Assembly: GCA_964430885.1 (NCBI GenBank)
Contig: CAYSHM010000003.1
Coordinates: forward strand, 160,001-224,000
DNA: 64,000 nucleotides
From: an uncultured archaeon
GTDB lineage: Archaea > Thermoplasmatota > Penumbrarchaeia > JASLWR01
Reading direction: 5' to 3'
In this document: positions 48,510-58,533 of the stretch, one piece after another
Position numbering within the stretch: position 1 is the stretch's first letter
Layout: each line of letters starts with the position of its first letter
Made by a program: the position numbers and the translations under genes
The notes under the pieces: generated by a model
What the model was told of the DNA's origin: nothing
Databases searched by the model: none
Seen by the model: only the letters and a program-made list of their open reading frames with translations

Positions 48510-51127
48510 TGTCCACCATCACAAGAAAGACCATTGATGCCTTTATTAGAAGAGGCATCGATGAGGACATGGCCAGAAAGATCGTCAAGAAGGGATACAA
48601 TCTCTCCAGGATAAAGAAAGCCAAAGACGAGGACCTTCTGGAAGATCTGGATACCGAAATGGCTCTGGAGGTTGCACAGAAAGTTCTGGGCAAGAAACGC
48701 TACAAACGTTTCAAGAAGCTCTTCGAGGATAGGGCGCTGGAGATCCAGGAAGAAGAGGAGGCAGAGGAAGAAGAAGTGGAGAAGGAGGAGAAGAAGGTTG
48801 AAAAACCTTCAAAGGTGGCCATTGAGATCAAGGTTCCGAAAAGCGATTGCGTACTTGGCGTTGTTTTCACTATAACCCAGATAGCGGATGTTGAGGAGCT
48901 AAAAGAAATACTCAACGAAAAGGGTAAGGCCATATGGGCAAATAATTTCAAGATCAACCCTGCATCCTTCTCATTCCCCCTGGTCGGATATATTTTCAAC
49001 AGCGATAAACGAAAAGGGGTCAACTTCAAGGTCACAATAAATGAAATATACTCCAAAGCCGTGGATGACAGAGGGCTCCTGATAGAAAAACAGCGAGAAG
49101 AGGAATTCCCGTCATATTTCCTGATAACCGACATAACTTCACTGCCTAAACCTGTGGAAATCAATCAATTGGTATCACCAAAGGAAAAGGCCATTAGAAG
49201 CGCCAGAAACTATTCAAAGATACTTATCCACAACAGGGATTACCTGCCCATTGACAAACTTGATGTCAAGGACACGCTAGATAAAAAGAAGGATAGAAAG
49301 CCTCTGAAACAGCGTCTCAACATACTTTGGAGAGAGGACAACAAGCAGAAGGTCCTGGATTATATTGATTTTTTGGAAAAGGTCAATTCCGAAGCCTATT
49401 GGGGCGTTGATTTCGGAATAAACCTGAAACGTTTTTCCTTCCCAATTAAGGGATATATCTCCGTTAACGGGGAGATCAATTATTCCGTTGAAATCGAAAT
49501 TGCTGAGAAATACCCCCCTGAAACGGATGAATTTGATATGGAAACAATTCCTGAACCCTACAGGGAAGACAAGGTTGACACCATGTTCCAGATCAAGAAT
49601 CTCAGGGCCATGGACGAGGTTAAACAACTGGTTCATTTCAAGAATCCCAAGGGCAAGACTCCCAAGGCTATTAGGACCTATATTGCAGTGCTCGGAGAAC
49701 CTGAAAAGGGTACAAAGATCAGTTCTGACAGGATAAATATAAGGACACCCAAGGCCAAGGAGGTCATTAAGAGGAAGGAGAGAATAAGGACGGTGGCCCT
49801 TCCCACCATCAAGAAGAAGATCGAGAAACTGGTCAAGGAGCATAAACTCAAACTGCCCGAGGGGGAGATCGAAAGGCTGGGCCTCAAATTCGGTAGGATC
49901 ATTATCAGCGATGAGGATCTTTTAGAGAAATTAGATGCCTATAACCAGATGTACACTGTCAGAGGAGATCTGCTTGAAGCAATTCCCATAAAGGTAATGG
50001 ACGACCTGGTGGAGAAAATCATCGAATATGAGCCCACTATCGATCAGTTAAAGGATATCTTAGGAGCCATAGAGGAGCAGTGGTTGGTAAAGAAGATGCA
50101 CCCCTTCGAATCCTGCGGCATCGTATCAGCTCAATCAATAGGCGAACCGGGCACACAGATGACAATGAGAACCTTCCATTACGCAGGTGTGGCAGAGATC
50201 AACGTTACCCTTGGTCTGCCACGGCTCATAGAGATCGTGGACGCCCGCCGAAAACCATCCACGCCAACAATGGAGATCCATCTTACCGATGATATCAAGG
50301 AGGATAAGGCCAAGGTAAAGGATGTCATCAGACACATAGAGGCCACCTACCTTGAGGATGTTGCTGACCTGAACACAAATCTTACCAAGATGAATATCGA
50401 GATACAGCCCAACATGGATAAGATGAGGGACAAAGGTATTGTTGCCGATGATATCAAAGAAAAGATATTGAAGGGAAGGATAAAGGGCATAGCCCGTACA
50501 AAGACAAATTTGGCTATTGAGGAGGGTAAGGGCGGAAACCTGATCCTCACCTCGGACCAGATATCATATAAACATTTACAGAGCCTGCTTGAGGGTATAA
50601 GATCGCTCATGCTCAGAGGTATAGAAGGCATTGAGAGATGTATCGTCAAGAGGGAGAAGGGCGAAGGATATGTGGTTCACACAGTGGGCTCAAATCTGCA
50701 GAAGGTGCTTGAGGTTGAAGGTGTTGATATTACCCGAACCTCCACTAATAACATGAGGGAGATATACGAGGTATTGGGCGTAGAGGCCGCCCGGAACTCC
50801 ATTGTCAAAGAAGCGAATAATACACTAAGCGAACAGGGCCTCATTGTGGATATCAGGCATATAATGCTAGTTGCAGACATAATGACCCAATCAGGTACAA
50901 TAAGACCCATAGGCAGGCATGGAATATCAGGGAAAAAATCCAGTGTACTTGCTAGGGCTGCTTTCGAAATAACAACACAGACACTGCTCATGGCATCCGT
51001 GAAAGGTGAAGTGGACACGCTGGACGGTATAGCCGAGAACATCATTGTCGGCCAGACCGTATCCACAGGTACTGGAAAAGTTGAGCTGGGCTTTAAACCA
51101 GTGGAGATTGATAACGAGGTGATATAG
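48509..51127 (+). CDS. rpoA2: RNA polymerase subunit A'' (Rpo1C) with very long N-terminal extension
   Basis: [17 protein letters not shown] begins only near aa 540; [34 protein letters not shown]. Confidence 0.95.
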   Translation: MSTITRKTIDAFIRRGIDEDMARKIVKKGYNLSRIKKAKDEDLLEDLDTEMALEVAQKVLGKKRYKRFKKLFEDRALEIQEEEEAEEEEVEKEEKKVEKPSKVAIEIKVPKSDCVLGVVFTITQIADVEELKEILNEKGKAIWANNFKINPASFSFPLVGYIFNSDKRKGVNFKVTINEIYSKAVDDRGLLIEKQREEEFPSYFLITDITSLPKPVEINQLVSPKEKAIRSARNYSKILIHNRDYLPIDKLDVKDTLDKKKDRKPLKQRLNILWREDNKQKVLDYIDFLEKVNSEAYWGVDFGINLKRFSFPIKGYISVNGEINYSVEIEIAEKYPPETDEFDMETIPEPYREDKVDTMFQIKNLRAMDEVKQLVHFKNPKGKTPKAIRTYIAVLGEPEKGTKISSDRINIRTPKAKEVIKRKERIRTVALPTIKKKIEKLVKEHKLKLPEGEIERLGLKFGRIIISDEDLLEKLDAYNQMYTVRGDLLEAIPIKVMDDLVEKIIEYEPTIDQLKDILGAIEEQWLVKKMHPFESCGIVSAQSIGEPGTQMTMRTFHYAGVAEINVTLGLPRLIEIVDARRKPSTPTMEIHLTDDIKEDKAKVKDVIRHIEATYLEDVADLNTNLTKMNIEIQPNMDKMRDKGIVADDIKEKILKGRIKGIARTKTNLAIEEGKGGNLILTSDQISYKHLQSLLEGIRSLMLRGIEGIERCIVKREKGEGYVVHTVGSNLQKVLEVEGVDITRTSTNNMREIYEVLGVEAARNSIVKEANNTLSEQGLIVDIRHIMLVADIMTQSGTIRPIGRHGISGKKSSVLARAAFEITTQTLLMASVKGEVDTLDGIAENIIVGQTVSTGTGKVELGFKPVEIDNEVI

Positions 51128-51128
51128 G

Positions 51129-51416
51129 ATGGATATACGACGAAATCTACGTCTGGTCGTATCGACCGGAAAGGTGCATCTTGGCACTCGTCAGGCGGAG
51201 AAGGCACTCAAGAATAAGAAGTGCAAGCTGATAATACATGCGAGTAACTTATCCGATGAACAGATAGAGCTTTTCAAGAAATACGAGAAAACACCAAAGT
51301 ACGGATTCCAGGGCGATAATTTTGAACTCGGAGCGGCATGCGGGAAACCATTCCCCATTTCCATGCTGACAATTATCGAGCCAGGAGAATCCGACATCCT
51401 TGCTCTTGTTAAGTAG
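51129..51416 (+). CDS. rpl30e: 50S ribosomal protein L30e
   Basis: TGKVHLG...KLIIHASN...ELGAACGKPF...IIEPGESDI. Confidence 0.95.
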   Translation: MDIRRNLRLVVSTGKVHLGTRQAEKALKNKKCKLIIHASNLSDEQIELFKKYEKTPKYGFQGDNFELGAACGKPFPISMLTIIEPGESDILALVK

Positions 51417-51433
51417 TCAATCAAGTCTGACGC

Positions 51434-51462
51434 GGGCCGGCCTTGACGCAGGCCCTTTTATT
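51434..51462 (+). terminator. Probable terminator ending the rpo operon
   Basis: GGGCC...GGCCC hairpin followed by TTTTATT. Confidence 0.55.
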
Positions 51463-51525
51463 TATTCTACCCAAGATCCACCTATTCATTTTTTATTAGG
51501 ATTCTGAACATTCAGGTGAGAGCCT

Positions 51526-52302
51526 ATGCTGAAATTTCGCAATTATAATTCGCCTCCGTATTCGGTCATACTTCTTCATGGGGGACCCGGAGCCCCGGGG
51601 GAAATGAAGGGAGTTTCCGAAGGCTTGGGAAGCAACATTGGGATTCTCGAACCTATGCAGAGTGCCGATACTGTTACCGGTCAGGTCAATGAACTGAAAG
51701 ATATTCTTATGGAAAATGGCGATCCACCTTTAACTATTGCAGGTTTCTCCTGGGGTGCTTGGCTTGGAATAATATTTACAGCGGAAAACCCAGATATGGT
51801 GAAAAAATTGATACTCATAGGATGCGGCCCTCTTGAACAGAAATACACCTCTAACATCATGAAGACACGCTTGAGGAGATTATCGAAGGATGAAAGGATT
51901 GAATTGAAAACGCTGATGAGCTCATTTGATCTCATTTCGGATAATTCCGAATTCAGACGTTTCGGAGAGCTAATGAAAAAAGCCGACATAATCGATCCTA
52001 TTGAATATGAGGATGAGATATTGGAATTTCAGCCGGACATCAACAGAAAGGTATGGAGCGAAGCTGAAATCCTAAGAAGAGGGGGGAATTTAATTGAATT
52101 ATTAACAGATATTAAATGTCCAATAACTGTTATACACGGCAGGGAGGACCATCATCCATTCAATGGTGTAAAAGAACCATTGTCAAAGGCGAAAATTTAC
52201 GCGAAATTTCACTTACTGGACAATTGCGGACACTATCCTTGGCTTGAAAGAAACGGAAGTGAGAGGTTCTTTGAAGTGCTAGAAGATGAATTAAAATTCT
52301 AA
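51526..52302 (+). CDS. Alpha/beta hydrolase (proline iminopeptidase-like)
   Basis: LLHGGPG, GFSWG, IHGRED, CGHYPWLE. Confidence 0.88.
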   Translation: MLKFRNYNSPPYSVILLHGGPGAPGEMKGVSEGLGSNIGILEPMQSADTVTGQVNELKDILMENGDPPLTIAGFSWGAWLGIIFTAENPDMVKKLILIGCGPLEQKYTSNIMKTRLRRLSKDERIELKTLMSSFDLISDNSEFRRFGELMKKADIIDPIEYEDEILEFQPDINRKVWSEAEILRRGGNLIELLTDIKCPITVIHGREDHHPFNGVKEPLSKAKIYAKFHLLDNCGHYPWLERNGSERFFEVLEDELKF

Positions 52303-52536
52303 TTAAAAAAATTCAATTAAATTTAATTAATTATATTTTAATTTAATTGATTTTTCAATTATTTATTGAAATAATTTTTAGCGATGCTAAATAAATGGAA
52401 AACTAAAATTTATCGTGATATTATACCTTTCATGAATAATAATTTGACAAGTGCTTAGGAATATGTGAAATAGTAAAATTTCGGATTAATTATATGATCA
52501 ACAATATCACATTATCTTTCCATAGGTGACAATCCC

Positions 52537-53022
52537 ATGTACTCCGAGAAGAGAAGGCCCGGTTTTTTCTGGGCGATATTCATTATAACTATATTGTTCC
52601 TAGGTTTTTACGGGTTCATGATCGGCCAGGCCCTAAGTTCCGAAGGTATAAGACCAGATACTATCATTATGATAATAATCAACATCATCATAGGTCCCTT
52701 GCTGGTCTTCATAACATGGTCAACTAGTTCCTATATGGTGGAAATAGATTATAACTCCCTTACAATGGGCTATAACGGATGGAAGGTCAAACTTATGCAT
52801 TCTGATATCATAGAGGCAAAGAAAGTAAAGATAATATGGATCAAGTGGGGCGGTATTGGATGGCGTACAAGAGGAGCTAAACGGATCGGCTACATTACCG
52901 GCAGCGGTCCGGGGGTCAGGATAAAGACAAGGATCAAGGACAGGGAATACACATTCACCTGCCGAGACCCCGAGACTCTATTGGAGAAACTGTCCAGAGT
53001 GGGAGTGAAGGTGAATAAATAG
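52537..53022 (+). CDS. Membrane protein with two TMs and a bacterial PH-like domain
   Basis: Two hydrophobic helices; WGGIGWR, GPGVRI, DPETL. Confidence 0.65.
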   Translation: MYSEKRRPGFFWAIFIITILFLGFYGFMIGQALSSEGIRPDTIIMIIINIIIGPLLVFITWSTSSYMVEIDYNSLTMGYNGWKVKLMHSDIIEAKKVKIIWIKWGGIGWRTRGAKRIGYITGSGPGVRIKTRIKDREYTFTCRDPETLLEKLSRVGVKVNK

Positions 53023-53141
53023 AGCCTAGGTCGGATATCCGGTCCCGGAGAGCTTGATTTCCGCATCATTCAGATCAATTTTCCTTCGATCTATATTATG
53101 CCTGTCCATTTATAATAATATCTTCACAATCCGCCATTCCA

Positions 53142-54902
53142 ATGTTCTCAAAGTCCGTGAGTAATACCGTCAGATCCAAAAAAGGTGAACCTGCCAACGA
53201 CCCCCTGGGACGAACAATAGAACAGCTTTTAAAAGGCAGTTCCTACAGGACCTGCGGCAGGATCAATGTTCTCCACCTCAGGGGTGACGATTACCAGATG
53301 GGCTACCAGCACGGCCATTACCTTAAAAAACAGTGCCAGGATGGAGCCCCAGAATACTTCAGGGGCCTCCTCAAGCACATAATAGAGAACAGCGACCTTC
53401 AGCGGTATCCCGGGTTCATATCCTCACTTGCCTATAAGTACCTGGAAGGGATGAAGCTCAAGGGTTTCTCTAAGAGACTATCAAAATCCACGAAGCAGGA
53501 ATTCAGTGGTCTGTGTGATGCTTCAGGTATGCCCTACGAGAAGATGAAGATGTCCGCTGCCATTGTGGACCTTACGGGATATCTCATGAAGATCACCCAG
53601 GGAAAACAGAGGCTCTACGGGGCAAACATCAACTTGCCGGCCATGGGGTGCTCCACATTCGCCGCATGGGGTGATGCTACAAAGGACGGCAGTATGATCA
53701 TCGGTAGGAACATGGATTTTATCGGGATCGGCTTCTGGGATAAATCCCCCACACTTCTGTACTATCATCCCCGGAACGGATACGATTTCGTGACCCTGAC
53801 CTCGGCAGGCATACCTGGCGGATTTCTCAACAGCATGAATGAGAAGGGATTAGTTATCACAGCCCACCAGAACTACACCGCTGAACTGAATCTCAAGAAC
53901 CGTCCCTTCCTGGAATTGGGGAATGAGTTAATCCGGAATGCATCTACCATAGATGAAGCGGTGAAAATAGCAGAGAGGAACCTGCCCATCGGAGGATGGA
54001 CCTACCTGGTGGCAAGCCGAAAAGAAAAGAAAGCTGTGGTATTGGAGATATCCGGCAAACAGGTGATCACAAGAGAGGCCAAGAAAGATTTCATTCACGC
54101 AACAAACAGCTACCAGACCACCGAGCAGAAGGTGAACGAGATACTAATGGGAGAGGGAGTTGCCTGGAACTCATCAGCCAGGTATGTGCAGATGAAAGAG
54201 CTTCTGATGGAATACTATGGGAAAATAACTCCCGGTCGGGCAGCCAAGATAATGGGGGATCATTTCGATCCCTATGTGAAGAAAAAAAGACCCCTAGGTG
54301 ACATACTGGTTCAGATGGTCAATCTCACAAGCGCAGTGTTCCAGCCTGAAAAAGGAAGAATATGGATGGCAGAGGGGGAAGCTCCTGCTGCAAACTCCCT
54401 TTACAGGGGATTCAATATGAAGGGGAAAGAAATTCAAACCCTCAAACCCAACGATTACACCTATACCAAGCATTTCAAGGCCGTGCCTCATGTTGTAAAG
54501 GCCTGCCTTTTCAATTACCGGAAGGATATTGAGAATGCGAAAAAGGAATTGAAAAAAGCCTTGAAATTCGCTCCCAACGAAGCGGTCATCAATCGGACCC
54601 TGGCATTGGTTCATTTGGGTGAAGGAAATTACGAAGAAGCATATGAACTGCTCAAAAAACTCCTGAAAATAAAGCAATCGCCATACAAATTTGCATTGAG
54701 CCGAATCTGGTTTGCACGCTGTCTGGACCTAATGGGTAAACGTAAAGAAGCAAAAGAGAGCTACAGCCACATCTCAGAAGAGACCCGCAATTCTGATATT
54801 CTCAGGAACGCGGCCAGGAAAGGACTTAAGAAAATGTTCACGCAGAATGACCAAAAGGTGATGAAGGTAGAGTTCTGGATCGGGGAAAGTATGGCCTTGT
54901 AG
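53142..54902 (+). CDS. C45-family Ntn hydrolase/acyltransferase with C-terminal TPR
   Basis: YQMGYQHG, GCSTFAAWG (nucleophile Cys), GRNMDF, MNEKGL, ATN; TPR helices at the end. Confidence 0.85.
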   Translation: MFSKSVSNTVRSKKGEPANDPLGRTIEQLLKGSSYRTCGRINVLHLRGDDYQMGYQHGHYLKKQCQDGAPEYFRGLLKHIIENSDLQRYPGFISSLAYKYLEGMKLKGFSKRLSKSTKQEFSGLCDASGMPYEKMKMSAAIVDLTGYLMKITQGKQRLYGANINLPAMGCSTFAAWGDATKDGSMIIGRNMDFIGIGFWDKSPTLLYYHPRNGYDFVTLTSAGIPGGFLNSMNEKGLVITAHQNYTAELNLKNRPFLELGNELIRNASTIDEAVKIAERNLPIGGWTYLVASRKEKKAVVLEISGKQVITREAKKDFIHATNSYQTTEQKVNEILMGEGVAWNSSARYVQMKELLMEYYGKITPGRAAKIMGDHFDPYVKKKRPLGDILVQMVNLTSAVFQPEKGRIWMAEGEAPAANSLYRGFNMKGKEIQTLKPNDYTYTKHFKAVPHVVKACLFNYRKDIENAKKELKKALKFAPNEAVINRTLALVHLGEGNYEEAYELLKKLLKIKQSPYKFALSRIWFARCLDLMGKRKEAKESYSHISEETRNSDILRNAARKGLKKMFTQNDQKVMKVEFWIGESMAL

Positions 54903-54905
54903 ATC

Positions 54906-57311
54906 TTATATGCCCTTTCTTCTCCGGAGCTCCTCGTTGAGCTCAATAATCATCTCATCCTTGGTCACGTAACTGGAGTATGCAGCTATACCTGCAAAGA
55001 CCAGTACAAGGATTATTAGCATGATCAGGGCTATCATTGTCAAGGTTGAGAAACCCTTTGAACCGTCATTATCTGTATCCAGAACTGTGTCCCCAGCATC
55101 ATCATCCTCCCATTTATCCGGGTCCCGGGGGTAAAGGTCCTCCCTATCAGGATAACCGTCGCCATCCATATCCTCATCCAGGGAATCAGGTATCCCATCC
55201 CTATCGATATCAGACGGGACCGAAGCATTGTTCAGGGGATCACTGCCCACTGAACGTTCCATGAGATTATCCCAGCCGTCACCGTCAGCATCGTTATCAT
55301 AATAATCCAACACACCATCCCAATCCATGTCATGAGGCCACGAGGAAGCGTTCAAGGGATCAGATCCGGTTATATTCTCTATGCTGTTGTTCCAGCCATC
55401 GCCGTCGGCGTCCATATCAAGTATATCCGGAATCCAATCTCCATCTATATCACTGGGATATGACTCAGAATCCATTTGGTTAGACCCTGATATTATCTCA
55501 AGGTCATTGTCCCAGCCGTCGCCGTCTGTATCATCATCCAGTTTATCCGGTATTAGGTCACCATCCAGATCCGAAGGTACTGATAGCGGGTCCCAGGGAT
55601 CTGTATCGCAGGATATCTCCATGCTGTTGTTCCATCCGTCGCCGTCAACATCGCCGTCCATGGTATCAGGTATGCCGTCACCATCAGTGTCCGTAGGCGT
55701 ATCGGTGCTGTCTTGCGGATCAGAGCCGCATTCAATCTCATACATGTCCGACCAATCGTCACCGTCTGTATCATTATTGCCTGGATCAGTGCTAGAATTG
55801 TATTCGCCTGCATTGTCAAGACCATCCTGGTCATTATCCAGGCCCGCATCGCTTGCATCAACTGGGTTCAGCCCGTGCTCGATCTCCCATAGGTCCGGTA
55901 TCTGGTCATTATCGGTATCGGGTGAATTTGGGTCGGTGTTGTAGATCCTAACTTCCTCATAATCGGTCAGACCGTCAGCGTCGGTATCGTTCAGATGGGG
56001 GTCGGTATTGTAAATAAATATCTCCTGGTGATCGGTTAGACCGTCTGAATCAGTATCGTTCATCAGGGGATCAGTATTGAACTGGAATATCTCCATATGA
56101 TCGGATATACCGTCGTTATCAGTATCGTTCGTCAGAGGATTGGTGTGATACTGGATCACTTCTTCAATATCGGAAATTCCGTCATCATCGGTATCCTCGC
56201 TCAAAGGATTGGTACCATGGTCCTTCACCTCTTCACCGTCCAGAAGAGCGTCATCATCAGAATCGTCATTCCATGGATCGGTCCCGTGTATGAACTCCTC
56301 TATGTTCATTAGACCATCGCTGTCAGCATCTGCGTAATTATCGGACGGGTCCGAAGGGTTCAATCCAAAGCTGTTCTCCCAAACATCAGGCTGACCGTCC
56401 CAATCGGAATCGTCCTCAGGGGTTAGGGCCAGATTCTCGAACCATACCTGATCAAACTGGTCAAGTGCCTGGGACGGATCCATTAAGGGGTAGCGGTCTA
56501 CACCATGCCAGGGAAGATCGGTTTCACCGATGCCGTCTGAATCGACATCTGAACCTTCATAATCCGACCAGTAATTTCCTCTGTTCAGGGAATCGTTCCA
56601 CATGCCACCGGAATATTGGATCAGATCGTTCTGGAAGACGCAGTTCAGAAAGTTATTTGAATGAACGAAAGTTTCCCCGTTAGTGTATACTCTCAATGGA
56701 TCATCACAGTTGAAGAAATTGCAGTCAATTACAGTATTGTTCCTGGAACTCTCCATCATAATATTCAATCCGGGATCCTCGTCTATAAAAATTCCTCGGC
56801 ATTGATAGAAATTGCATCCCTGGAACAGGGAATTAGGGGAACTGAGCCGGTATATTAATCCTGTCCGGTAAAAATCACAGTTGATAAAACTGAATTCTCC
56901 GCTATATTCTGCATAAAAGGTTTCCGTGGAATTATCAATGCAGTAGAACAGAATTCGACTCTGCTGATGACCATTAGCGACCAATGAATTGTCTCTTATT
57001 GGATATTGATCTATACTTATCTTGGCTCCAGGGTAGAAGATCACTGTGGATCCAGGCGCGATCTGCAGAGACGAACCATTCCGGATGGTAATTTCATCTA
57101 TTACATAATAAGGACTTCCGGCCTGAGTCCAGGTAGTATCGGATGTAATGTCCTGAAATATAATTGTGCCGGATTCCAGGTTCCTTCCGCTCTCGGTTCT
57201 GCTGTTTTCAGCTGATGTTCCTGCAGTTAGGGCAAGAAGAACGGACATGATGAATAATGAAATGGAAACGAGATATGCTCCGGATCTTCTCTTATAATCA
57301 TCCCTATTCAT
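54906..57311 (-). CDS. Membrane-anchored surface protein: beta-helix plus Ca-binding DxDxDG repeats
   Basis: Signal peptide; TWTQAGSPY, GNYWSDY; 23-aa DTDxDGLxDxxE and 40-aa DGDGW repeats; C-terminal TM. Confidence 0.85.
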   Translation of the reverse strand: MNRDDYKRRSGAYLVSISLFIMSVLLALTAGTSAENSRTESGRNLESGTIIFQDITSDTTWTQAGSPYYVIDEITIRNGSSLQIAPGSTVIFYPGAKISIDQYPIRDNSLVANGHQQSRILFYCIDNSTETFYAEYSGEFSFINCDFYRTGLIYRLSSPNSLFQGCNFYQCRGIFIDEDPGLNIMMESSRNNTVIDCNFFNCDDPLRVYTNGETFVHSNNFLNCVFQNDLIQYSGGMWNDSLNRGNYWSDYEGSDVDSDGIGETDLPWHGVDRYPLMDPSQALDQFDQVWFENLALTPEDDSDWDGQPDVWENSFGLNPSDPSDNYADADSDGLMNIEEFIHGTDPWNDDSDDDALLDGEEVKDHGTNPLSEDTDDDGISDIEEVIQYHTNPLTNDTDNDGISDHMEIFQFNTDPLMNDTDSDGLTDHQEIFIYNTDPHLNDTDADGLTDYEEVRIYNTDPNSPDTDNDQIPDLWEIEHGLNPVDASDAGLDNDQDGLDNAGEYNSSTDPGNNDTDGDDWSDMYEIECGSDPQDSTDTPTDTDGDGIPDTMDGDVDGDGWNNSMEISCDTDPWDPLSVPSDLDGDLIPDKLDDDTDGDGWDNDLEIISGSNQMDSESYPSDIDGDWIPDILDMDADGDGWNNSIENITGSDPLNASSWPHDMDWDGVLDYYDNDADGDGWDNLMERSVGSDPLNNASVPSDIDRDGIPDSLDEDMDGDGYPDREDLYPRDPDKWEDDDAGDTVLDTDNDGSKGFSTLTMIALIMLIILVLVFAGIAAYSSYVTKDEMIIELNEELRRRKGI

Positions 57312-57456
57312 ATAACGGCACCACGGACTGCAATACAGCTATCATGAAAATATAGAAAAGTAATCATATATAAATTTTTTAGAACAATGGTCGAACTGTT
57401 CTTTATATTTCACACTTTGCTAGTGGTAATATTGATAAAATATCATTTTTTGAGGT

Positions 57457-58533
57457 TCATCGGCAGAGACTCAATCCCAATTCCAAAGCCCATTCCCTAG
57501 CGGTTCCGATCTCCTCGGAAGTAGGATATCTGTTTATCTCATGAAATTCTCCTGCGCAATATTCAGGTCGGTATTGGCCCATAACATTAACCCGCAGATT
57601 ATCCTGGGACATTTTTCCGGATAGAAATTCAAGGGCAGGCCTGGTACAGCACTCTAAATGTCCAGGCATGACAAGATGCCGAACTAATAACCCGCACTGG
57701 TTCTGGGCCAATAGGTGATTTCGGGTCACTACAGTCCAATATCCCTTTATTCCTGAGAGGCGTTCCCCGCACTTGTTATTCCCGTATTTCAGATCGGTAA
57801 GATAAAGGTCCACTACCCCTTCCAGTAATTTCATGGAATCCACAGTGAGGTACATATTTGAATTCCATATTTGGGGAATGTTCTCCCGAAGCTGAGCCAA
57901 TACATCGAGGACAAAGGGCAGGGCCGGAACCGGGTCCCCCCCTACCCAGTTTACATTTACGCTGCGGTGAGCTTTTCCCGCTATCCTTTCTACAGTCCAT
58001 TCGGCACTCCGCCTATTGCCTGAACCTGCATCCTGAGATATGTCCCAGTTCTGACAGAAGACGCATTTAAAGCTGCATCCTGTGAAGAAAAAGGTATGTG
58101 AGGGTATAACCTCCGGCTCCTCACCAGTATGAATGAATTCGGAATAAATTCTCGGTGCACTGCCCACGCCGCAGAATCCCTCGGTGCTGTGCCTGTTCAC
58201 CCTGCATCTGTTCTCGCAGATCTCGCAATCATCAAGCATTCTACGGGCAATTTCTCGTTTTATATCAATGAGGGTGGATTGTTCATTGTTACTTTTTAAA
58301 AACTCACCATTTCTGAACCTCACCACCGCTTCATCATGGTGCCGGTTCAATTCATTCAGACCCAGGGATTCTGGATCAGATATATCCACTGGAACCTGAC
58401 TGCATAGTAGAAAATTCGCTTCGGTACTGCCCTCTCGGATGCTGAAATAGCGGGAAAGTATTCTTCTTGCCTCAAAAAGCTCCTCGTGGTATACTCTACC
58501 CGATAACAGCTTGAGAATGGACATGAAAACCAC
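57457..58533 (-). CDS. pflX: PflX-like radical SAM protein
   Basis: CEICENRCRVNR, GEEPE, FTGCSFKCVFCQNWDIS, WNSNMY, RHLVMPGH, MGQYRP. Confidence 0.88.
   Translation of the reverse strand: MVFMSILKLLSGRVYHEELFEARRILSRYFSIREGSTEANFLLCSQVPVDISDPESLGLNELNRHHDEAVVRFRNGEFLKSNNEQSTLIDIKREIARRMLDDCEICENRCRVNRHSTEGFCGVGSAPRIYSEFIHTGEEPEVIPSHTFFFTGCSFKCVFCQNWDISQDAGSGNRRSAEWTVERIAGKAHRSVNVNWVGGDPVPALPFVLDVLAQLRENIPQIWNSNMYLTVDSMKLLEGVVDLYLTDLKYGNNKCGERLSGIKGYWTVVTRNHLLAQNQCGLLVRHLVMPGHLECCTRPALEFLSGKMSQDNLRVNVMGQYRPEYCAGEFHEINRYPTSEEIGTAREWALELGLSLCR

Noticed and set aside
52300-52530. Replication origin
   Set aside because: No cdc6/orc1 gene and no ORB-like G-string repeats seen
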